This document shows positions 13,143 through 25,655 of a DNA stretch of 64,000 nt, piece by piece. Position 1 is the first letter of the stretch; every line of letters starts with the position of its first letter. The notes under the pieces were generated by a model. The model saw nothing but the letters and a program-made list of their open reading frames with translations, was not told the origin of the DNA and did not search any database. Position numbers and translations under genes: made by a program. This stretch comes from Paraphysomonas bandaiensis. Lineage: Eukaryota; Protista; Chrysophyceae. The stretch spans positions 34,007 through 98,006 of the forward strand of contig CBFFRP010000162.1 of the NCBI GenBank assembly GCA_965644295.1. The letters are read 5' to 3'.

Positions 13143-13832
13143 CGTAATAGCATGTAGAACGCTTAGTTGTAGATTTTTTGCTTTTGTGCTTGCAAATGCG
13201 ATTGTGTCCATGTGGAAATGCGGTCGCGAGGGTGGCGCGATTATGTTACTATCATCCAAAGTTATTTTTATCCTCAGTAGGAGATGACCTATAAAAAGAA
13301 AATTATATCTCAAAAACTCTTGCCTTTTTAGCATAAGATAGCCGTAGATAGTAGGTAGTACTTCCCTCCTCTCTTCCGTGATAAATTTGTACGCTGCTTG
13401 ACATTCTGTGTATTTTACTAGCTACTGGCTACTGTTGAAACGAATAGAAAAACGATTATTTATTGATGATGAAACAATTAAAAAACGCACTTCGGAGTTT
13501 GGTGAATGTGAGTAAATATATCATGAAAAAGAATTTAAACGAGAGAAACGGCTGCGCTTTTAGATTATAGATTTTGTGTGACTCTTGTAATATCATGTTT
13601 TTTGACAGGACATCTCGTCTCAACTTTGTATTATCAAAGCAAACGCTGAGAAGAAATGTAGACTACAACGAAAGAAATGTTGGTAACGTTTTAGTAGAAA
13701 GCTATATTGAACGTCTTTTTATTTAGCAATAGGCGTTAAAAACTCGTTCCGATACAGTGGCTAGTTGAATACTAGATCTACTAGTTAGACCTCTACCCAT
13801 AATAACTAATCAGCACAAATTCAATTATCCTA

Positions 13833-14605
13833 CTATTTAGCGCTACAGAAGCTGCTTGTGCGTCGCCGCAAGCACCAAGGTGCAACCACTTCCGTTCTTA
13901 ATGTTGTGTGTGTCAGGCATAGGTGGAGTTGCCGGAGACGTCGTCGCCGTTGTCTAGGGCCTGATGGTTTCATACGGTCCGGTGCTATGGTCCTTTGCGT
14001 ATGGTTGGTGGGGTTCATATGTGCGGTTGGCGGTGTTCCAGTCTCGGTTCGTCTGTGGATTCCTAGTAATCTTAGCACCCTTGGGCGTTTCAATTTCTGT
14101 CTGTGTTTTGGACACGGCCGCGGTAGTAGCCTTGGGGAACCTTTCTGTAGGGTAACGTATCGTCTACTTCGGTCTTAGATCATTAGCTTCGCTGCAGCGA
14201 AAAGCGGTAGAAGTAATCTGATGACCGCTGATTCGATGCTGCGCAGTCCTTGGGATGTCAGTGACTCATGGATTTGATCTCCAAAAACCATTTCAAACTG
14301 TATAGTTGTGATGGTACCCGTCCAGAATCTCTCCACCTGTGGCACGGAAGGGTTCCAGGCCCTGCTGGAGAGCCGCTGGAGTACAGTGGTGGTCCATTGG
14401 GGTAGTTCAGGATTTCTCAGTTCTTCTCGAAGCGCATTTTTGTGGCTGTGAAATGCAGACTCCCTTATCTGCGTTATGGTGTCATTTGTACTGTACTTTA
14501 AGGACATAGAGTGAAAGTGATTGCACCTTGGTGTATGAGGTGACGCACAAGCAGCTTTCGTGGCGGAAAATAGTAGGATATCAGAGAACACTAGATAGTT
14601 AAATT
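13833..14605 (-). mobile_element. Degenerate 3' fragment of a dispersed repeat family, probably a non-LTR retroelement
   Basis: ORFs 14175-14591 and 13833-14093 share one frame split by a TAA, with no introns. Homologous segments occur at ~50220-50305 (DILLFxATKxAC) and ~50755-50800 (VAPWCxxRxTSS). The LINE assignment is inference only. Confidence 0.5.
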
Positions 14606-15483
14606 AATTTGCTACACTAGTTCAGAAGTAATAATATCAAATGATTTCTTCGCCTTTTTACATACATACATATTGTACGTATAAATATGAAAGAGGTTAT
14701 AACCGAATAGTTTGGAACCGTATGCTGTACAGTGCTAGTTTTGTGTAATAATAGTTTCGGCAGATATGGCAATCATTTTATTGACATCTTGCTTTTATTG
14801 ACTGTTTAGACTGGCATTCTACTATAGATCACAAGAAAACATATTTATATGAGGATGATAGCATCAATGTAAGCAGTTTGGAGTTTACTATTTGGTGAAT
14901 AGCTTGTTGACAGAGACACAGACAGTACAAATTCTAATATTGAACATGGATAGCGTTCTTCGTTGCAGGTATGTATCAGAATTGTTCGATGTTATAATAT
15001 ATATATAGAATATAGTAGATGAGTTAGGTGATTATGAAGTGTAGTTTATGATTAAATCAAATAGATTTCTAAGATACACAAGCATAATCAATATAATATA
15101 TCAAAATTTGCTTAAATAATAACCAATATATTGTTCCAAGCAAAACTAAACAATTGCAACCCAATTTAATTTTACCTGGCCCTGCTAGTTCTGACTCTTA
15201 CACGCCTATTGCTAATAACGAGACATTCACTACTGCAGCAGTAAGTATAAACCAATTCAAGTTATGGAAATATTGAGCAAATATTCGACAAGACCAAATG
15301 GCCTATGTGACATACCCATTTCAAACTTCCTATATTTTAAACTTATAAAACACTACTTACAACACAACATCAATGACTACAAGATATAGAGTGGAGTAAG
15401 TACCACACAGGCTAGGTATAGCACTTAAATAAATGTAGCTGGTTCTAATTATCACCTCATACTAGAAGCTGCTTGGAACACAG

Positions 15484-18400
15484 CTATTCTTCCAAGTCAT
15501 CATTTCTTTGATGTATACCCACACGAGCGTGCAATGTAAAAATTTCCATAATTGGACAATGTACTTTCATCAACGCCGCCAGTCCACGAAGCAAACCAAC
15601 AGTGCGGCTAATAAAGTAGTACTCTTCCGGAATGTGTCTTACGGAGCGAATACTACTACTCTTGTGACCAGAGGCCCTGTCTTCCGCACGTTGAGCACTT
15701 CGCATGTCATTGAACAGTTTACGTTCTGTATGTGAAGTCTTCAAGTCCTGCAAGTATCTATAAAGTCATATACGATAACACAGGGCTGCATACGCCGCGC
15801 ATCACATACTCACATTGGCATCACGAAAAAGGAATTCAAAAAATTCCCTGTCTCTTTCTGGTGCTCGATCGGACTGGTTGTTTGCGTACCCAAGACTCTT
15901 AAGTGCCCGGTCGACCCCTGCTATATCCTCCTCCTGAATACTAATTAGCAGATGGCAGTATGCCAGTCGTGTTTCGTCATTGATTCTGGATATGAAAATA
16001 TGAGTCAACAGAGTTACAGAAACAAAATTATAACAGTATATTAGAGAGCGAGCCACAAAAACTATCTACCTTTTCGTAATCCCAAAATCTAAGAGCCCGG
16101 GGTGCCATAACTGGTTTCTCATAGAAGGTAATTCTTCAACTGGCAAGATTTTCGACTCTATTCCTCCTCCCTTTTTAGTCGCAGCAGGTGCGTATGCAAC
16201 AGGCGGTGCACAGTCGTCTACCGAAGATTCTACACAGAATACATTCCCAGGGTGGGGGTCGGCTGCGACACGTTCAATACATAATAGGTAAAGGAAATGA
16301 CAGAGGCTTACCGTTAAAACATCCAGCAACAAGCATATGGTAGGCGAGGGAATGTGCCAATCTGCACAGCAAGGAAGACTTGTCCACATTATGTAAGGAT
16401 AAAGCGAAATCGTCTGTAATCTAAATTGATGTCAACAAGACTCCACGAATGCCAACTGTTTATCTACCTTAAACCCTTTAAGCTTGGTCATTACAAATAC
16501 TCTACGGTGAACATATCCCCTGATAGGTGAGGGAATAAGCGTTCCAAATCCTGCCTCCTGCATAGCGTTTTGTGCCTATAATACCGTTACGCATACACAT
16601 ATGTGCACGGATAGCGTTGTACACATATAAACCTAAGCAGGTGCGGTAATCAATATACCTCTACTAGATTTTTAGCCTCTATTCTGAAATCTAGCTCCTC
16701 AGCTATAGTTCGTTGCCACACTTTTATCACCGTCAAAAGTGCCTACGCCACCAGAAACACAATTAAATTACAAAAAAATATTGGATAGTGATACCTCCCA
16801 CTTGGGATCCATTCTGCTTGCAACCTTTGCAATAAATAGGGCGGCGCTAATGTCAGTCATCAGCAGAGTTTCTACCCCAGGGTGCTGGACTTTCACAACA
16901 ACATCGCGGACAATGCCATCCACAAGCATCGTTGCATTATGCACCTGCGCTACGCTACCAGATGATTGAGGATTCATGTCGAAGCTCTCAAACATCTCTT
17001 CTATTGTCCGAATACGGTTTCCATGTCGGTACCCAAATATCTGTTCTTCTCTACGACTGCTAGCACTTAGGCAAAACTCGACTGTAGAGCGCACATGTAG
17101 AGCCGACGACTGGGGACAGTTGTCGTGTAAACATCCCAGTGTCGTAGACCAGAGGGCAGACACCAAGTCTGGGCGGCCAGCCACATATTGCGCGACCTTA
17201 ATAAACACAGACTTCAGAGAACGAACTTCCGTCAGTACATATGCCGCCAACACACGGTCCAGCGCGTCGAAGGCAGCCGTATACATATTTCTGTTTTCAT
17301 TTTTAGATTCTGCATACACCAAAGCACTCGAAGAGTCCGCGGCGACATGCTTCCGGCAGCCGCAGAGCCGTAAGATAATAGTTAGGTATAGGTATGCCGA
17401 TACCACAGTAGCTGTAGGAGTGTATATAGTGAACATCCGCTCCACAGTCATGATCCATGTAAGAACTCTCGCTTGTGCACTCCAGGTGCAGCACTGTTCT
17501 CCATAAATTTTCACTTGTGATATTGAGTGATGTAGAGCGGTCGATAAGATCCAGGTACAAAAAATAACACCGAAACCAGGTCTAAACACTACTGTAGACA
17601 CTGCCGCTTTAGCAAGATCGTACACAATTACCAGAGGCGGGGAGCACGATCGGAACACAGTCGGTATCTGTTGGGTGACTATGGAGGCGCATAATACAGA
17701 AAGAAGAGAGGTAAATATTGGAAATATTAGGTAGCCTACCAGGGCAACTGCGGCAGGTGCCCGGGTATACTGCATGGCACACACGAGGGTGAGGAACCCA
17801 AAGCCTACTACAGAGAGTGGGAGAGGGACCACCAAACCCACACACACCTCCCATATTAGCACTAGCATAGGTTTCTCAGACAGATGAGACTGATTTAAAA
17901 TAGCGTAGAGTGTGGATATAAAAGTATCGGTTGACGACATCAGCAGAGGCAGACTAACCCCAATAACAAGGACAAATATTGTGCCCCAAAGTGTTACTCT
18001 AGGCAAGAGGTACAAGAACACCGACGCAGCAGCCGCAGTCACAGATTTCTCACCGTCACTACTACGAGGCCAAAAAGACGATTCCTCTGCCTTCTCCAAT
18101 CGTCGGCGCAAAGAGAACACCTCTTCGCGCAAAGCTGTACTAGGACTGTGTGAACGGGAAACAATTGGCCCTGTGTTCTGCACATGAGCAGCCCATTGGC
18201 ATTCACGATGCAAGGATTCAGTACTGTGAGTGACTGACGACGGATGAAAATACTCCACAGTGGGCGAATCGTTGCTAATTGTAGAAGCAGCATGATGTCG
18301 TGCCCGTATCAGGGCTTGATGTCGCCTCACATTCTCACCATCATCTCCCTCAAATTCGCCATTACCACTAACCTGTCGACCCTGCTCTTCGCTCTCAGCA

Positions 18401-19161
18401 GACTCGCTATGTCCCTCAGATCCAGGAACTGCCCCAAGGAACTGAAGAACCGCCTCATCCATGGACCCTATCTGAATTATTACCAGCTGCACGAATAATG
18501 AAAGGTCTTCCATTCGACGGCGAACAACTTTAGGGTCTACTGATGAATTGGACATCAGGTGTCGTCGGGGAAGTTGAGGCAAGTTAGGATAACCCTTGCT
18601 TTCCAACTGCTTCCGAAAAGTCACAAAATCAGAAAAGCGATGCGATGTTTCCCAGTATATACCACCTATTCTATCTATTGATCGAATCACATACACTGTA
18701 TGGCGGTTGCCACCTTCATCAATCTTTTCAAATGTTTTCTTAATTGAAACATCGAGATTAAAATTCATACGATTCTTTTCCATCATAACTTTTACTGCCG
18801 CACGAAGATGTATACTTAATTCACCAAATACATTAGTATCACCATATAATTTAATATGTCCACCCATTAAAGCTGACATGGGCTTTAATATCCCTCTGGA
18901 TATCTTTGCCATTGAATAAGAGTCTGTTAATACAATACAATCTATATTAGATTTCTCAATTCCACGTGATGAGATACGTTCCGTTCCTTCCCCTATCTTA
19001 ACAAGCCAATTAAAATCTTCTTCAACACGAAATACAAGTGTTTTCATATGATTATTATGAGATGCTTGAAGAACTTGTTCATGAAGATATTTAAAGTATT
19101 TAGAGATACAAACACGATTATCATCAAGTGAAAAGATCTTCTCAGGTGAAGAAATAGACAT
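15484..19161 (-). CDS. ABC1/UbiB-family atypical kinase with N-terminal SCP2-like, PX and multi-TM regions
   Basis: Kinase motifs FIKVAQ..RPDL, SGSVAQVH, VVVKVQHPG, ELDFRIEA (exon ~16670-16744), ADPHPGN, LDFG. PX: HTVYVI..RFSDFVTFRKQL..PQLPRR..RRMEDL. SCP2-like: DCIVLTD..GILKPMSALMGGHIKLYGD. Confidence 0.88.
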
Positions 19162-19263
19162 GATGATTGATGAGGATGTGGAGATTATGGTGTGAGATTG
19201 AGTGAGTTTGGTGCGTATACAGATACTGACTGCTATAGATCTCTATGCGTGATGATAAGGAGC

Positions 19264-19265
<2 letters not shown>

Positions 19266-19294
<29 letters not shown>

Positions 19295-19786
19295 TGTATG
19301 TATGTATGTATGTATGTATGTATGTATGTATGTATGTATGTATGTATGTATGTATGTATGTATGTATGTATGTATGTATGTATGTATGTATGTATGTATG
19401 TATGTATGTATGTATGTATGTATGTATGTATGTATGTATGTACGTATGTATGTATGTATGTATGTATGTATGTATGTATGTATGTATGTATGTATGTATG
19501 TATGTATGTATGTATGTATGTATGTATGTATGTATGTGTATGTATGTATGTATGTATGTATGTATGTATGTATGTATGTATGTATGTATGTATGTATGTA
19601 TGTATGTATGTATGTATGTATGTATGTATGTATGTATGTATGTATGTATGTATGTATGTATGTATGTATGTATGTATGTATGTATGTATGTATGTATGTA
19701 TGTATGTATGTATGTATGTATGTATGTATGTATGTATGTATGTATGTATGTATGTATGTATGTATGTATGTATGTATGTATGTATG

Positions 19787-19820
<34 letters not shown>

Positions 19821-19866
19821 TGTATGTATGTATGTATGTATGTATGTATGTATGTATGTATGTATG
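19266..19866. repeat. (TATG)~150 microsatellite ~105 bp upstream of the ABC1 gene
   Basis: Directly visible with few interruptions. Confidence 0.98.
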
Positions 19867-21344
19867 AATGTATGCATGTACCCCTGTACCTAAATGAGAG
19901 TACAGGAGTACGATTCCTGTCCCTCAACAACTTCTGATTGGTTGGGTGGATATATGGCACACAGGTACAAGTACATATGGAAGTGGCGTACCCACAGAAA
20001 AAAACTGTAGAAACTTCCCAGTTTTTTTTTTCAGTTTATTTCCCATCCAGACACCGTATTACACACAGTTTCATACGTTAAGGTCCCCAACATATGTCAA
20101 TCATATGCTCAAACAGTGATACATATCACATAAACACACTAGGTTACCAATAGAACATGCAATTCTGGAGGTGTGGGGTCCAACTTCCACAAGTTTTGGT
20201 GGAAATTTTCTTGTAAGATTGCAATTGTTATCCTGCATCAAAATTATGGAGAGCTCCTGAACTCACTGTGAGGTACATAGCAGAGACCAGTTGCTGAAAA
20301 CAATGTTGTGATTGCAAAGATTAGATTGTGAATACTGATTTTGGATTCGTTAATAAACGGTCAAGAAGTATGCACAGGTCATTATAGGAGGATCTGTCCT
20401 AATTGCACCATCCTTGTTGCACTTAATGATCCCATATGCCCTCCAATTCAATGAATCGTGATCATTCTTACTGTTTGAGTGATATGAATATGATATTGGC
20501 ATTCATCTCTTATTTTGTTGGAATTATGTGCATTCGTTGACAGATCTCTATATCTGTATTGACATCCATAGTCCCAAACCCCTTATAACCACAGGTGTAG
20601 TTGTCCAATTATATTACTTTATTATGTTGCAGTGTTTATGATACTGTTTTAATGATTTGACTAATATAAGTATGCTTTGATGAAATATTGAGGCCATATT
20701 GGATGGAGTTGCTACTTTGCAGATGCAATATAATACGCACGTATGTCGCCTTTGAAGCAATGAAAACGGAGTTAAAATAGTTATAATAACTCACTACAAA
20801 CATCCAATTTGATTGGGTAAAGTTGATATCATGTCATACATCCTTCACTGTTGGTGAGGAATTACGATTACATGTATAAAACTTATGCGAGTTTATAGAT
20901 ATACTTATGCGAGTTGTGACATTGTAAGAGTGGCAGACAACATTTACAGCGACTTGTACAATACGTAACCCCTTTATTATTCATCCTTAGACAGTGTGGC
21001 TTTAATATATTTGCAATAGGCTTCTGTCATTTACGTTTCAATAGCTACTATTACTACAGCACCGTTATATATCACCTCTGATAAATTCACCACAACCTAT
21101 ATCCTATATATATTATTGTTATCCTGACTGTTTACTTGATCATTTGTGGTTCAAAAAAACAACCTTCTTGTTCCAATCGTTATATTATACTAATATACTA
21201 CTAAAAAAGGTATACTGTCAAAGGACGACATCAGATAAATGACGCCACAGCAGTGCCACATATTAAATACTAAATACAAGCTCTTGTTACAAAAAGTCTC
21301 ATGTGAGCAAAATTAAATCACGAGATACAAATACAAACAAACTT

Positions 21345-21425
21345 CGATAGCAAATAAAAGATTCGATAGGAAATACAAAAGCGGTAACAAATACAAAAGC
21401 GATAGCAAATACAAAGGCGATAAAA
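21345..21425. repeat. Degenerate ~18-bp tandem repeat (GCGATAGCAAATACAAAA-like), 4-5 copies
   Basis: Visible just downstream of the transposase relic. Confidence 0.6.
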
Positions 21426-21457
21426 TGTGCACATACGTGTTGCGTGTAATCAATAAT

Positions 21458-23200
21458 TCACGCCATATCAACTTGCTCGATGCCACAGCAAGTCTCCATA
21501 TGAATATTCAGTTGGTCTCTACACAACTTCCCGCAAAAACTTTGGCCACAGTTTTTAGCGGCACAGCTGACCCACCTATTGTTTGGTATACCAGGATCTG
21601 TTGTTCCGCATACCAACACAGAGTACCGCCGTAACATGGTAGTTTTCACTGTTTTCTGTTTTTTATTTGCTGTATACCTTTCAGACATCCACTTGGCATT
21701 TGAATCATCATCCCCTTTCATCATTTGATGATGCTCGTATAGACTGTCCACTTCATACTGGAGTAGATAGTTCGAAGATCAAGTGAATTTTCTTCTAGGT
21801 ACTTTACCTCGATTCTCAAAAGTTTTTGAGGAGTATCGTTATATACCAAAAAATATAGACTTTGGTATATAACGATACTCCTCAAAAACTTTTTGGTATA
21901 TAACGATACTCCTCAAAAAATTTTGAGAATCGAGGTAAAGTACCTAGAAGAAAATTCACTTGATCTTCGAACTATTCTCTGAAGTGTGGGCAGTGACTCA
22001 AAATGGTAACAGGATCACATCTCCCAGTTGCAGTCATGACTACTCCAGCATTATAGAAGACGTGCTGAATTGACTACTTATTATTGAATGCTTTGCTCAG
22101 GAATGGTCTTAAGAGTACGAAGCACTTATGGGCGAAGTACGCAGCAGGATGATACAAACTTCCTTCTCAAGGGCCCATTCCTGTCCTGGAGGGTCAGTTG
22201 TGTCATCATACTTGAAATGTGGTGATCGAAATTGCCTATGCAGCGTACGATGACATGAGCCCTTATCATAGGCAGCTTGTATCATACTGCACTTTCCTGC
22301 ATATTTCGCCCATAAGTGCTTCATACTCTTTTGTTGGCTGCGTGGATGCAAGTAATTAATCTGTCCACTGGCACGATCGCAGGCTAGAACAAGATATTCA
22401 TGCGGTAAAGAATCGCTATGTCTGTTTTCTGAAGAAACCACTCCAGGGAAAACGGCTGCGCCATCCCCAGGAGATAAAAAAAACTTCAATCTCTCTGTGA
22501 GAATTCTCAAGAGTTTCGCGGCGAGAATTAATCACCCTGGTAGACATGTCTATCTACTGTTACATCTGGAATACCATACGGATATAAGCATATATAAAGG
22601 CCAGTATCCACACTATAAAGCCGTGGTTTCCCATCAAAGTCTGAAAATCTTCTATCCAAACTTAATAACGGTGCAAATAAGGCGCCTATCTCCAGCAATA
22701 GTGCAGGTGAACGACACGGCTCTCTGTTTTTGATGAGTTTCCTGACTTGATACGGATAAATTTAATGATTTTAATTGTAGGAGAGCAGCCTCGGTTGTCA
22801 GAACGACTGGCTTTTCGTGCATACCATTCAACAATATCGAAACGTCATCACTGCTAAAAAATAGCTCCCTTGGTACATTGTCTGCAAGTAGGTGAGCATT
22901 GCACAAAAAGAAAATGGCGTTCTTAAATTCCTGTATGCGTCAATTCTACCCTGGGGCGTTTTCTCCGATTGATAGGTGAGTAGATGTGCCCGCTGTTTAT
23001 ATTTCCTCTATGTTCTAGTCGAATACATGACTTTGGCAATGCTATTATAGCGTTCTTGATCGAGCGAATCTTGAAAGAGTTTTCCAAATTCTATATTAGA
23101 TTACGGACTACCAAGGTCCATCGACAAGTCAGTGATCATTTTCTGAAGTTTAAGCACACCACTATCCGATAATAATCGTTTTCTCTCAACGGAAACATGG
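21458..23200 (-). mobile_element. Pseudogenised pogo/DDE_1-like DNA transposase
   Basis: Fragments carry DDD-like motifs: ELFFSSDDVS; YLVLACDRA; KYAGKCSMIQAAYDKG (cf. LPxxTTxxLQPLD), with ~36 aa between D2 and D3. C-terminal Cys/His finger WVSCAAKNCGQSFC...HMETC. Multiple stops and frameshifts; no convincing TIRs. Confidence 0.65.
21767..21975. repeat. Near-perfect ~85-bp-arm inverted repeat with an extra ~30-bp copy in the loop
   Basis: 21767-~21852 (ATAGTTCGAAGATCAAGTGAATTTTC...) is the reverse complement of ~21891-21975 with about one mismatch. Confidence 0.95.
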
Positions 23201-24411
23201 ACTGGCTTTCATTCTTCTTCCTCTGAAGAGCACTGCATTGAAATTTGAATGAACAACTTACTCACCGCGATAAAGTTTTTCTGTTTACAGAATCTACAGT
23301 CGCAGCCTTTTTCACACTCATACTCAGCTTTTCATGATAGTATATTGCATTGTTCAGCCGTTCTTCATGTGTTTTTCTTGTTGGAGACACTCGACTTACT
23401 CCTGAACATGTTGAGAGCATTCTTCAACTTCAGTCAATATATCACTTAAACAATAGCATACCCTTACCAAAGATACACTGAGAGTTACACAATAGTCACA
23501 GGGAGGTTAGCATTTCAAGCATATATCAGTGGAATAGAGTGTCAGAAAAGTGACCCCATTGGCTTGATTTGTTCAGGTATCAAGAAGTTGCTTCTTGGTC
23601 ATCATTTTTTTCAAAGTCCTTATTTTTTAATTGAAAAGTAGCTTTTTAACAACGAAAATGACAAACAAAATCAATGCAAATCAAAAACTACCCCTTTATA
23701 TACAGTTTTTTCCTCTAGGTACAGTTTTTACCGCCCCTAAAAGTGTGTGAAATCTCACAGCAAATCATCTACACGACTGTCATCAACTCCATATCCGTAT
23801 GGATATTCAGTTCGTATAGATATGTGCATCTAAGTTTTCGGGAATAAATTGAATCAAAAATCTACTATATTACTGATATACAACTACGGCTGGAATACAC
23901 ATAATTGTTGTCTCAATATTAGAGGCATCTCTGAACAAAAATATACAAACAAGGATGCCGGTGTGATGTCCGTATATACACATGTACAACATACAGTCTC
24001 CTGAGCTGATTCCTTAATACCACAATGAGTGATAGAACTTATAGATTCCTCATCATTAGCATTAAGAAGTAACTCATGTCTAAGTAAATACAAACCATAT
24101 ATGTGATAGATCTGACAGCATCAACTAACACTGCAGTAAGCCACATATGAGGCATTACTCTATCAAGGACTGTGTTTATAGAATTGGAAGAATACAAACA
24201 CTTATCCTGTCTGAATACCCCTAATATACATAGTAATAAAGTCCTGGCATATCTTGAGGGGGTACACGACCCTTATATTACACTATTATAGAGAAACCAC
24301 AATGATGACTCCACTTTCAAAATCAGATTATTAAACATTCCAAGCTATACTCCATCCTTCGTCTGATGTGGAAGATCAGAATGATATGAGTGGATGCGAT
24401 CTATCTGCATA

Positions 24412-25305
24412 ACAACCAAGACTTCGCAACAACACTTCAAGAATATTACAGGAGAGTTCAAGTGCCACATCTGATGCTGTATTGGCGGTTAGGAGCAGTG
24501 GCACCCAGTCCTTTCAGGGTTAGGGTCACGTCGTGCTTATCTGGATTGTGTGTCTCTTATCATACACACAGCATTCAAATCAGGTACACTAGCAGAGTTA
24601 AAGGAACGGTTCTTCTTATCCGTAGGTTTAAACTGCAACGTATCCTTCTTATGATGTTGAAATACTAATATATCCACACCGTATAGCTATTAGTGGCTTA
24701 CTTGCTGTTGGAAATAGTTGTACCCTAATGAATATTATTAAGAAAAAATTAAAAATCAATGCATTGATTCAATGTGACCCACATCTCGAAATAATGCATT
24801 GATTCAATGTGACCACATCTCGAAATAGTACTGGATTAACTCAAAGAATTCCGAACTTTAATTATAGCTACAACTACTGTAGCCTTACCACATAAGGGTG
24901 ACGAGGGAATAGCAACTGCGAAATACTGAAATTCGTACATAAATGGGAAGATAAATTTCAAAACTTGTGGTCGCATGAAGCTTGCTTCTTGTTGTTATTG
25001 GTTGTTGGCATCATTACATTGTGTATGTACAACGGCACACGCTTAACCCCTGATGTATGGTAAGTAGCACTCAAACCTGATGCGCACGACTTGGCCCTAC
25101 CCCTGAAAGGACTGGGGCCCGTTATTGGTTATTGGAATCATTACATTGTTTATATACAACACGCTTAACCCCTGATGTATGATAAGTAGCACACAAACCT
25201 GCCCCTGAAAGGACTGGGTCCCCTGTTCGAAATCTCATTAAGCGTCAGATGTGACATTTGAAATCTCTAGTAAAATTCTTGACGTATTGTTGCAAAGCCT
25301 TGTTT
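24412..25305. repeat. Diverged inverted-repeat element (old MITE or fold-back) with internal tandem duplications
   Basis: ~24412-24572 is a diverged reverse complement of ~25172-25305 (shared CCCTGAAAGGACTGGGT, CAGATGTG, ATTCTTGA). Tandem duplications at ~25000-25220 and ~24757-24827. Confidence 0.7.
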
Positions 25306-25655
25306 TTTTAGACAAGGGGTAATGTGGTAATGTAAAGTGTAAACAATGTTAATTACACAATAGTGTCAGTTGAAATCCAACACTCTGAACTTGAGTATTT
25401 GTTAGATATTTCTTGGTTACGAAATCAAATGGCGATCAGGTCACTTTATGGTAGAATTTTAGGTAATTACGCACAATGTATATTATGTCAACCATGGCAT
25501 AAATAGACAATACTCCAGTCATATATATTTCGGGTTCCTAATTGGTTATCATTGTTATTAGATGTACTCACAGGCGAATTCTCACTCACGACAGAAATGA
25601 TAAATGGATTTCACGAGTTATGAATAAAACTACTCCCTGATTACATTAAAAGTTT

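Noticed and set aside
19991-23720. Possible TIRs of the pogo-like element (AAAAAACTGTA at ~19999 / TACAGTTTTTT at 23701)
   Set aside because: Short, low-complexity match with no TA TSD; could be chance.
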